Shown piece after piece: positions 12,866 through 24,588 of a stretch of DNA of 64,000 nucleotides. A program made the position numbers and the translations under genes. Position 1 is the stretch's first letter, and each line of letters starts with the position of its first letter. Origin of the DNA: Moniliella sp. 'wahieum' (lineage: Eukaryota); NCBI GenBank assembly GCA_003971905.1, contig RSEE01000067.1, positions 310,001 to 374,000 on the forward strand, given 5' to 3'. Below the pieces are notes generated by a model, which made no database searches, had not been told where the DNA came from, and was given only the letters and a program-made list of their open reading frames with translations.

Positions 12866-15650
12866 TCAGTCGGCAGCGCGTTTGGCGGGCGGGTGTCCCG
12901 TGTAAGTCATACACAGCATATCCACGAGGAATTCGGGGAGGCGGTGCAAGACTGAGTTGGGCCAGGAGGTTGAAGCATCTTCATCTTCATCTTCTTCCTC
13001 AGACGCATAACCAATAGCAATCTGCTGCCAGGCGGAAAACTGCGTCCACTGGTCATGAACATAGGCGCGCCATGTGCTTGATGCGCTTGATGAACTTGAT
13101 GCACTTGATGCGGGCGGCGGGAGCACGGCTGTTACGTCCATCTCGATCCTCATTGTCCATACAAAACGTGGTCACAGCCGTGTCCCACTCATCGTATGTT
13201 GCCTTCATGTTCTGGCCCACCAGCTGCATCCACTCCCAAACGCGCTCCTTTATTTCCTTCGCCAAATCTGCCGCGACCCATAAACAGGACCCCACGTGTC
13301 CGTTCGCGTTAGCGTGTTAGCGTGCGTAGAGACCAGGGAAGGAGAGACACGCTTGCCCAAGGGCATGACATGATGTCACAAAGGAAACTTGGGTCTTTAC
13401 ACGGCAGAGAGAGGGAGAACCATCATTGCACGTACCGTAGGCCACTTCGTGGAACAACTTAGTGTCCATATTGCTTGTTTTTCCCGACCGGCTTGTCCCG
13501 CGGCGAATTCGTCCTGCTCATCATCGAGGGGATCAGTAGCCGATGCGTCCAGAGGGGAAGAGAGAGGGGTATCCTGCGCCTGTTTATTTAGGGCGCGGGA
13601 AAAGGAAAACGAGTAGGTTGACTCGGTCGTGTCCGATTCCTCGATCCAATTGTTCGTCCGTGGATCGTCTTCTTTGTCCACTTGCTCTTCATGGGTGCGC
13701 TGGGGAAAAGGAAACCGGTAAGTTGTCTCCGTCGTGCCCAAACTGTCCTGCTCAACCCAGCTGCTGTTGGAATTGTTGTTGTGTCGCCCAGAGATCCATG
13801 CGGCATGTGTGCTGTTGTTGAGTCGCATACGGGGATGTGCAGCATACGTTCTGGCGAGGCCGCCAGGAGGAAAACATTGAAAATCCCCAAGACCAGGAGC
13901 ACCTCCCCTAGAAAGCGCCCCCAGGCACGAACTTGTTTCTTGTTGCGGCGGGAAAACGTACCCCGTACAGCTGTTATGATGCCGCGTAGAAAGGGAATCA
14001 CCTTCATATGTATGAATGCCATGACGAGAAGCGAGAGCAACATGACAAAACAGAATAAAACAACATCCTTGGCAATGGCCGCCAGCAATACTACCCCCAT
14101 GGTACGAAGGGCACGGCTTCTCGCGTCCATTACGGGCTCTGGTTGCTTCCTCTTGTACCGGAGAGAGGCAGAGTGAAGGTACCGTTCGCCCCACCATGAT
14201 TCCCGGCACACGACTGTTGACAAGAAGTTTGCAGCCCACGTTTCGTCTCCTTCAAATGTGTGGATCAAGTCCTGGGCCAATGCTGGCCCGTACCGCAACA
14301 TCACTTCACTCTCCTCTTCTACCCCATTATTAGTCTTCCTCCGTGGTAAGGTGGTTAGTGTGCCGTACTGTCGAGCCCATTGTACGGCGCGGGTCCATCG
14401 CTCTTGTTCTTCTCTGGGAACCATGTGGGCCGTAGGCGTCGCGCGCACATGCCCATCCTCGGCATCGGCATCGTCTTCTTCACTGGCGTGGTCGGTTTCC
14501 ACGTAGAGGGGGATGAGTAACGGTGTGCCTGGCTGCGAGGCTACCACCCACAACTGGCCAATTAGGTCCCGCGTGCTTTTCCCCACTGGAATCAGGACAA
14601 AGGTGGGTACCTGTTGCAGCGTGCAAACGATGCATGGGGAGAGAACGTGTACCCGCAACCGACGATGAGATCAACCTAGTGCAGTGTAGTGTGGTGTGGT
14701 GTGAGCAGACTAATACGTACGTGAAGCTGAGAGGGGCGGGGGGGACGAACCTTGAACGAGGGATAGGTAGCCTGGAGCGACGCTTTGATAGCGTTCGTTG
14801 CCAGATGCAAGTCGGGGCGGGGGTTGGACAAGATATCAACTCGGGTTACCAGTTCGTAGCGGTCTTGGGGATCACAAGGGGGCGGCAGAGACGGAGGGAA
14901 GATCGAGGTCCAGCTCCGGAAATCGTCCTGAGGAGGCGGGGGCGCTTGGCCCTGGTTCGTATCCGTCTTTGGGAGGGGCGTTGGGATCCGTGGAGGACTC
15001 GGGTTGGGATCGAGATCCTGGTGCGGGTGGGCTTGTGCTGTAGGGCTGCTTGTAGGAGAAGGTCCGGGACAGGATGGAAGAGAGGGGGAGGCGGGGGTGC
15101 GTTGCCCGTTGGGGGGGGGAGGACGGATGCTGGCTTGGTGTATCAACTGCTTGGACAGAAGGACTTGCAGAGGGGACGATGTGTGAATCCGCCGCGATAG
15201 TATGAACAGAGGCTGGTAGAGGCTGACGCTGGTCAAGATGCACGGGAACCAACTGTCCTCCAGACCATCCGAGACGGTGGAGGGGAACAAGGGAACGCTT
15301 CTGACGGATGCCGGTGGCGACGGGGAGGACTGCGGGGGGTTGTGGAGCGCGTGGGGCGACGTGAAGGAGAAGGCACTGCTGCTCCTACCACTATCGTCGC
15401 TACGATGGTGGAAGACAGGTGGGTCGGAGAGCAACGCGTCCCAGCTGTCTCCCATGTCGGAGGGCGAGGCAATGTGGTCGAGACGGGACGACGGGGGCGA
15501 CGCAATGCGGTCGAGGAGGGAGGACGGGGGCGATGGGAACAGGAGCGGAGAGGCGGGGCGGGACGGAGGGTGGACGCTGGCGGGTGGGTGGCGGGTGGCG
15601 GTGAGGAGGCTGTCGCTGAGGGCAGCAAAGGAGGCGGCGGGGATGTCCAT
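12866..15650 (-). CDS. Hypothetical protein with an S/P-rich N-terminus and 2-3 hydrophobic (predicted transmembrane) segments
   Basis: gccATG start at 15650, long open frames (14676-15914, 13588-14658), canonical introns (about 14678-14750 and 13268-13435), hydrophobic stretches VVLFCFVMLLSLLVMAFIHM and FLGEVLLVLGIFNVFLLAAS. Confidence 0.6.
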
Positions 15651-16252
15651 GGCAAGTGGCGTGGCTGGATGCGGGGGCGGAGGTGGTGGCGGGGGGAGCT
15701 GTAATAGGTGGGGCACGACTTGAAGGCAGGTGCGTCTGAGGGAATATATGTGCGGCTGTGTGTGCGGCAGACGCAAGGCCGTGGACAGTGCTCTGGTGCG
15801 CGGGACTGTCGAGGCGCCCCACTGGCTGGCTCGACCGCCGCGGCGCATGCCCAGGCACGTGACTCCGGCATCAGTACTCAGTATCAATCCCGTCCCATTC
15901 CGCTGGCCGCACACCTGCCCCCGTGCCCCAAACGCATCCTCTCCCCGGCCGCCGCGCTGTACGTAAGCCAGCCGATCGCCCAGCCCCAGCGGTGACCAAT
16001 GACCGGTGACCGGTGACCATCTCTGAATGCGGCCCCGACCGCCCCCCTCGCCATCGCCATCGCCAGCGCCATCGCCAGCGCCATCACCAGCGCCATCGCC
16101 AGCGCCATCACCAGCGCCGTCGCCGTCGTCCGCGCCATCGACCCCCCTCTCCCCCCCTCCCCCTCCCTCTCTGCTTCGCCTGGCTGCGCCTGCGCCTGCG
16201 CTCTGCCGCCCGCACGCCCCCCTCCTCTCCGCCCCGGACTGGACTGGAGGCC

Positions 16253-19200
16253 ATGCCGTCCTTCGTCCCGCTCGCGCCGGCCTCCACCGCCGCCCGCATC
16301 GACTCGTCTTCTGTCGCTGCTGCCGCCGCCGCCGTCGCTGCCCACACCTCCCAGACCAACGCTGCCCTCGACCAGATCTTCACTGTCCTCGTCTCCCGCG
16401 AGCACAGCGAACGCGCCCATGCCGTCCAGCAGCTCCACACCCTCGTCCGCACCACCAACGCCGAGCTCGCTGACGATGCCCGCTCGACTTTTACCGCGGC
16501 TGGACCAGTCGCATCATCCCCATCTCTGGTAACGCCTCCCCGCTCTCCGCCCGCATGGGCGCCATGGAAGCCATTGCCGGCACCGCCGACCTCGTCGATG
16601 GCAACTACACCTTCCCCCGCTACTGGTCCGCCATCCGTTCAACATCACCACCGACAACATCCAGCTCATGCAGGCTGCCAACTATGCGCTCAGTTCGTAC
16701 CTGCCCCCCTCCTTGCCTCTGTACACCCTGGCAGCTACTAACCTTCCCTTACTAGTCTGTGCCGTGCGCACCGTCAACACCTTTGCCCAGTCGTCGGGTG
16801 TGTTTGTGGCGGTGGGCGAGTGGGCAATGGAGCGCCTGTTGGGCAACGAGTATGATCACTATGGCGCCGTGCTCTCCATCGGCACCCTCGCCACCTACCT
16901 GCCTGCCTACTTCCACAATTCTCCCCTCATCCCGACCTCGTCCGCCTGCTCAATGCGCTCAATGATCCCAAGCGGTGGGTCCGCGAGGCGGCCAGCGACA
17001 CGCTCGGACGCTGCCTTCACACCCTCGAGACCCGTGCTCCAGCTGGCGTGACCAAGGGCGTGTCGAACGCATGTACCATGCCGCCAAGGAACCTCTCCTC
17101 CCTCGCGGGGGGGTTAAGCCTGTGGAGACGGTGCATGGGACTCTGCTGTGCTTTGAGCAGTTGTTCGAATGCACACCGATCTCATGCTACCCTTTTACCA
17201 CGAGGTTACCGATCTCGTCATCAACCTTATCCGCCACCGCGACCAAATGATCCGCCGTACCGTCTTCAAGACACTCACGCCTACCTTGGCCCGGTACGAC
17301 CCTTCCTACTTTGCCGAACACCACCTCCACCTCGTCATCACTTCCCTCACCTCCATCCTCCGCAAGGACAAGGACATGCAGCGTGACCCGGCGGTGGCCG
17401 AAGAGGTGTTCCAGACTTTGGGTGACCTTGCCAAGGCCGAGGGCGGACACATCAAGGAATACACCGAGCCCATCATGGCGTGCATTCGGGACGCGCTCCA
17501 GCACCAAACCAAGCGCAACGCGCCCCCCGTCGAGGCTGTCTTTTGGGCGTTGGGCAAACCTGGCTCAATCCGTAGGCGCCCACATTACCCGCCATGTCCA
17601 TGACCTGCTCGATCTCCTCTTTGCCTCGGGACTGAGCACTGCCTCGGTCCGCGCTTGAGCCAGATTGTCGCGGCTGCTCCGCCGCTTCTCCGCGGCGCGC
17701 AGACTCGGTTGCTCAACATGGTCTCTCTTTTCTGTTGGGGGAACCGTACCGGGAACTGGGTGCGCCTTCCTATGCCCAGTATTCGTCAGTCACAGGCGTC
17801 TCTCTCTCCTCGGGTGCGGCGCGAGACGCAAAGATGGTCCGGGTAGCCTTGGTTTCCCTTCGTGAGTTTAACATGTCGGGTCACTGGTTGGGCGAGTTTG
17901 TGCGCGACTGCACCTTGTCTTATTTGGACGACGAGAATCCCACCACCCGTCGAGAAGCCACGTTGACGTGTCGGCGTGTATGCCAAAGACCCAATCATGA
18001 CCCAGTCTGCACTCGATCGAGTTGGTGAACGATGTGCTGGACAAGATCATGACTGTGGCTGTGGCCGACTTGGATGAGAATTTGCGGATCGAAACGTTGC
18101 AGCACCTCGTGCCGCGCTTTGACCAGTACTTGGGCAGCCGATTTTGTCCGTTCCTTTTCATTGCGTTCAACGACGAAAATTTCAGGTGCGCATTGAGGCC
18201 ATCAAGATCATTGGTCGAATCGCCAAGATCAACCCGGCGTATACGATGCCGACGCTGCGTAACACGCTCATCCAGCTCTTGACGGACATTGAATTGTCGA
18301 CGCAACCCAAGAGCCAGGAAAAGCATGCCGCTTACTCACCATGGTGATTCAGGCGGCTCCGTCGTTGGTCCGAGGCTACGCCGTGCCTATCCTCTCCGTC
18401 TTGCTCGTCAAGATCAAAGATCCTACGCCCGAAGTCGCCGCCAGCGCCCTCGCTGGCCTTGGCGAACTGTCCCGCGTGAGCGGGGAAGAACTAGGTTCGC
18501 ACGTCAGTGGCTCGTGTCGAATGTGGTGGAACAACTGAGCAACAGTAACTCGGAACCTGAGACGGCCAAGCGCAAGGCTGCACTCACCACCCTCGGTCTG
18601 GTAGTGTCCAACACTGGTTACGTCGTAAAACCGTTGATGGAGCATCCGGGCCTCCTGGGCACCCTGGGACGGATTCTTAAAGAGTCGGCTTCGGACAAGG
18701 CCACCCACCATGAAGTTAGCCGTGTGCTCGGTCTGCTGGGTGCGATCGATCCCAACAAGTTTAGAGTGCGTAACCCGTAACCCCCTCCCTCCTTTCTGTT
18801 GTGCGAAACGTATACTGACCCGACACGATAGGAGCAAGCTGAGCTTCCTGATGACGAGCCACCGAGGCACCCCAGCCCGGATCGGACGCCGAGATGTTTG
18901 ATGTGGGGGTGGAACATGGGTGGCACAACGAAGAGTATTTCCAAAACACCGTGATCACCCTCTTGATGCGCACGCTGCAAGATCCCAACCTGATGGCGCA
19001 CCATACCGCGGTCGTGGAGGCGCTCATGCTCATGCTCGGGGGCGGGGCGTTACAGTTATCGCGCCTGACGCAGGTGGTACCAACGTTTATTACCAAGATC
19101 GTCACTGTGCCTGCGTTCGGGGCTGTACTACGACCAGTTGGCCAAGCTCACGACCCAGGTCAAAGAGCACATCCGTCCTTTTGTCCCGGACTTGGTTGCT

Positions 19201-22200
19201 CGGATCGCCGAGGACTGGGACACGACCACCACCTCGCGCCACGCGATGGTATCGGTGATCGAGGCGTTGTGCAGTGTGCTAGACGGTGAATTCAAAATGT
19301 ACATGCCGCAACTTTTACCGCGGATGCTGAGTGTGTTGGATTCCGAGGCGAACGGGGCGCACCTCAAGGCTCCTTACCTCCGCATCCTTCATTCGCTCCA
19401 ACTGTTTGGTCGTGCGATTGAGGATTACCTCCGCCTCGTTGTGCCTGGTGGTGCGCATGTTTGAGCGGGACGACTTGCCGCGCCAAGTGCGTAAGGCGGC
19501 ATTGTTTCCATTGGCCAGATCTCACGCAAGGTCAATCTGTCCGATATGTCCAGTGGGATTGTGCAGACCTTGTCGCGGTGCTGGCCAAGACAGGGTCGGA
19601 CCAAGAGATGCGCAATGCGGCAATGGACACACTTTCCGCCTTGGTGGTTCAGCTGGGCACGGGGTACGCTGTGTTTGTCAACTCTGTGGACCGGGTGCTG
19701 AAGCAGCACAACATTCATCAGCCGCTGTACGAAAAGTTGGTGGCCAAGTTGCTCAAGGGGGAGAAGTTGGCACAAGACTTGATCCCGATACGTCAATTGC
19801 GCCTCCGCCAGCGCAGAATCCTCCGCCGAACGATGCGCCGTCGAATCCGGTCCACTTGCGGCGCTCGTGGCAGTTGGGTGACTTTACCACGGACGAGCAG
19901 TGGGGGCAGTGGATGAAAGATATGGCCAGCGCATTTGTATCGGAAGCGCCGTCACTTACGATTCGCGCGTGCCGACCTGTGGTCTACTCGTACCCTGCCT
20001 TTGCGCTCGAGTTGTTCCCAATAGCGTTTGTGGCGTGCCAAGCGGGTCTGCCAGAAGACTACAAGCGCGATTTGGAACTCAATTTCCGCAAGGCGTACGA
20101 GTCCAGTACAGTGCCGGACCATGTCATCCACTTTTTGCTCAACATTGCCGAAGTGATGGAACACTACTACGAGCCTTTGCCCCGTGACATTTCGCTCTTG
20201 GCGACCAAATCGTTTGATTATGCGCTGTATGCCAAATCACTGCATTACAAGGAAGCCGAGTTCTTTGACCAACCTTCGGCGACGGTGATCGAGTCGCTGA
20301 TGGACATCAATACGCGACTGCGGCAAGCCGACAGCGCCCTGGGGCGCTGAACCTGGCCCAGGAAAAGTGGGGGATGACCAACAAGGAAACGTGGTACGAG
20401 AAGTTGCATCGATGGGAAGATGCGCTGAACGCGTTCCGTAATCTGGGCGAGGAAGAAATGAGCAAGTATGGTGCGGTGCAGATCAGTACGCAATTGGGAA
20501 GATGCGCTGTCTGCATGCGCTCAGCCACTTCCAACAACTCGCGGAGGCAGTCGAGGAAGCATGGGACGCCGGCGCGACCGAGGAGGAAAGTAAACAATTG
20601 GCTGTGCTGGGTGCCGCTGCTGCTGCCTGTCCCTTCAGCGATGGGAGGCGCTCGACCAGTTTACCAGCTTATGGACCGCGACTCGGAAGATCGCTCGTTT
20701 TACCGTGCCATCCTGTGCACCCACTACTCGCAGCGCGAGCGCGCGCTCAAGCACATCAACCGTGCTCGCGACGTGATGGATGTGGATGTGATCTCGGCCT
20801 TGTCGGACGGGTACGGTCGGAGCTACAGTGCGGTGGTGCGGACGCAAATGCTTGCCGAGCTCGAGGAGGCATTGATTTACAAGCTGGACTTTGCGGGTCA
20901 ACCGGACCGGCAAGCGGCTATGCGGCGCACCTGGCTCAAGCGTCTCGAAGGGTGCCAGGCCGATGTGGAAGTGTGGCAGCGGATGTTGTCGATCCACAAC
21001 TTGGTCGTCACACCTACTGAGGACCAAGAGGCGCGGATCAAGTTTGCCAATCTGTGTCGGAGCCAAGGCCGGATGATTCTGGCGAGCAAGACGCTCTGTG
21101 ACTGATGGGCGTCGACATGAGCGCGTTTGGCAACATTGACGTGAGCTTTTACCTCAACCCGGCTGTACCGCCAGCGGTTTCCTATGCCCATCTCAAGTTC
21201 CGTTGGTCCGTCAGTTCCTCCGGACGGGACATGGCGCTGTCGGACCAACGGGAGATCCAAGAGACTGTCTTGGCTGACTTGCGCGAGTTTACCAACAACT
21301 CTCTGGAATATGGGGTGGTGCACGAGCTCGAAGCAGGACAACAAGGGTTCATTGTCCCCACCGTGTCGGGCACCGTGTCGCCCGAGTCCCTGAAACTACT
21401 CGCACGCTGTTTCTCCAAACAGGGTGAATGGCAAATGGCCATCCGGAGTCGAAACGAATGGGTAACCGACGAGAACTGCGATGTGCTCGAGTCGTTCCGG
21501 CGCGCTACGGTGCTGGATACCAAGTGGTACAAGGCGTGGCACTCGTGGGCCGAAGCCAACTTTAATGTGCTTCAGTACAATGAGGAGAAAGGTGGTGCCG
21601 AGGCACTGATGAAACAGTCCATCGTTCCTGCCGTCACAGGCTTTTTCAGCAGTGTCATTCTCTCCTCGAAAAAGTACGCGTTGCAGGACACGTTGCGCAT
21701 TCTCGCGCTCTGGTTCAAATGGGGTAACGACCCGCAAGTCGACCAGGCCATGACCGAGGGATTCGGATCAGTCATCATCGATACCTGGTTGGACGTCATT
21801 CCCCAAATCATTGCCCGCATTGGCAGCAACATCCGCGCCGTACGGGACCAGATCAAGATGTTGCTCAGTTCCATTGGTGCTGCGCATCCCCAAGCGCTCA
21901 TCTACTCGCTTTCGGTCGCGACCAAGAGCAACAATGCCACCCGTACCTCAGCGGCCGACGACATTGTCGACTCGATGCGCGACCACTACCCCGAGCTGGT
22001 GGAGCAGGCCATGGTCGTGTCCAAGGAACTCATTCGTCTTGCCGTTCTCTGGCACGAACTGTGGCACGAAGGCTTGGAAGAAGCTTCTCGTCTCTTCCAC
22101 AGCGAGCATAATGCCGAGGCCATGTTTAGTCGGTTGGAAACGTTGCATGTGATGATGGACCCGGAACCTGAGACGGTACGCGAAGTCACGTTTGTCCAAC

Positions 22201-23608
22201 AAAACGGTCGCGACCTTAGTGAGGCACGTGAATTTTCGCGCCGGTACCGTCAATATGGTGACATGAACGATCTCAATTCAGCATGGGAGTTTTACTACAA
22301 GGTGTTCCGTCGGATCTCCAAGTCACTTACGAATGCGGCGTCGTTGGACCTGCCTCGTGCGCTCCTCGTTTGCTGGAGATGAAGGACTTGAAGTTATCCT
22401 TGCCTGGGCGGTACAAGCCGGGCAAGCCGGTGGTCACAATTCGCAGCTTTGAACACACGGTGCACATTATTGTTTCCAAGCAGCGTCCGAGACGAGTGAA
22501 AATGAACGGGAGCAACGGCAAGTCGTATCCGTACCTTCTCAAGGCATGAGGACATGCGGCAAGACGAGCGGGTGATGCAACTGTTTGGTCTGATCAATAA
22601 GTTGTTAGCGCAAAACCCGGAAACGGCCAAGCGCGAATTACGCATGCGGCGGTTCCCTGTCATTCCCCTCGCCCAACACGGGTATGCAAGGTTGGGTGGA
22701 GAATACGGATACGATGCATGTGCTCATTAAGGATTATCGCGAGCCGCGCAGCATCTGCTCAACATTGAGCACCGTCTCATGCTCCAGATGGCGCCAGACT
22801 ATGAACATTTACCACTCTTGCAAAAGATGGAAGTGTTTATGTACTCGCAGTCCAAGACCAAGGGCAAGACCTGTACCGCGTCCTGTGGCTACGTTCGCGC
22901 AACTCCGAGTCATGGTTGGAGCGCCGGATCAACTACACTCGTTCGCTCGGCGTGTCAGCGGTGGCAGGGTACATTTTAGGTCTGGGCGACCGGCATCCGA
23001 GCAACTTACTTGTCGATCGTTATACGGGCGAAGTGGTGCACATTGATTTTGGAGATTGCTTTGAGGTGGCGATGCAGCGACCCAAGTACCCTGAAAAAGT
23101 CCCGTTCCGTCTCACGCGTATGCTGACCAACGCGATGGAAGTCGGAGGTATCCGCGGCACGTTCCGCATCACGTCCGAACTGGTCATGAAGGTGGTAAGG
23201 GAGAACCGGGCGGGAATGATCACGTTACTGGAAGCGTTTGTGCATGATCCGTTGATTGGGTGGCGGTTGATTGATGGGCCCAACTCAGCGCCGTCAACTG
23301 CCCTCCCCGGCGGACGGACGGCATTAGCACCGACGACGAAACGCGCAGTGCAAGGGCGGTGCAGTGGTCAACCGCATCCACAGTAAACTCGAAGGTACCG
23401 ACTTTAACACTGAGGAACCCCTCGACGAGAAGAACAAATGGCCCGACTGATTGAACAGGCGACCAGTGTGGCCAACTTGTGTGTCGCGTTTGTTGGGTAC
23501 GTATTGTTGTTCTGGGTGCGGGTTGGTGTGGGTGGGTGGGATGATATGGAGACTAACGTACTGTGGCGATGGGGGTTCTTGTGTGCTCAGTTGGTGTCGT
23601 TCTGGTGA
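16253..23608 (+). CDS. TOR1: Target of rapamycin (TOR) PIKK serine/threonine kinase
   Basis: HEAT repeats; FAT domain ([47 protein letters not shown]); FRB ([15 protein letters not shown]); kinase ([57 protein letters not shown]); FATC ending LCVAFVG/WCxFW*; introns 18766-18831 and 23497-23590. Confidence 0.98.
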
Positions 23609-24588
23609 TTCACCTCGTGGCTCGCCCAGCTTGGTCGTGCTCGGTGGGGCGTGGTGGTGGGGCTTTGGTCGAGCCTGGTCGAGCGAGGCCTGACCTGGCC
23701 TGGCGTACAACGACGTGCGTCTTGCCTCGCGCTCTGTTCGCAGGACAGCAACAGCGTCTCGTGGGGTGGAGTACAATTAGTAGTATGCCTTAGAATTTCT
23801 TGCCTCCCCTTTCCTCTTCCCCTTAAGGTCCTACGGTCCTACGGTCCTATGGTCATATATGCCAGGTTCCAAGGTCCTAAGGCCTGTTCTTTGTCCGCAT
23901 CCTCTAGCCTATTCATTCCGTTCTGAACCCATCCCTCGTCTGTCTCGTGCGCCCAATATGCTTCCTGCGCGATCGACCTTGTGTATTGTGTTGCTAGTTG
24001 TCTCCTGTCTTGTTTCTTTCTCTTCGATCCTGTTTGATCTTAGATCTTATCCCCCAACGCGATGGATGTGGTTCGCTGTTGCACCAGCACCTACTACTAC
24101 TACCACTATACCACTGCGACAACAACGGCGATTACTATATGGAAACACTATCACCGCACTCGTTGCGTTCCTACTGTGCCCCGCTCCCGCCTGCCTCTCT
24201 ACTATCGACGTTGGTGCGATCGTGGCGACGCGTACATGGCAGCCTCGCCGCTCGCCGCCCGGACCAGAGAGCGCCGTGATGGAGAGGGCAAAAACAAACA
24301 AGAAGGGAAAACGGGAGGATGGAGGATAGAGGGTGCGGGTAGGGGTAGGGATAGGGGTAGCGACAGTCAAGGGAATGGGGGGGGGGAGGGGAGGCGGATG
24401 CGGATGCGATACAGTTCACATGCAAATGATGTACTGATGCAAACGGAGGCCATGCAAGCGGATGCATTAAATGCAAGCGGATGCCCACAAAGGGAAAGGA
24501 AGGCAACCCGATACCAACGGATGGCAATGGACGCAAGCGGACAAGCAGACGCACCATGCACCATGCACCATGTACCATGCATCATGCA

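Noticed and set aside
15999..16473. Upstream ORFs regulating TOR (ATGs near 15999 and 16027)
   Set aside because: The TSS is unknown and indel-prone C-runs make frame relationships unreliable
23620..24585. ORFs between the convergent TOR and CUL3 genes
   Set aside because: Low-complexity, UTR-like sequence; such ORFs are expected by chance at this GC content
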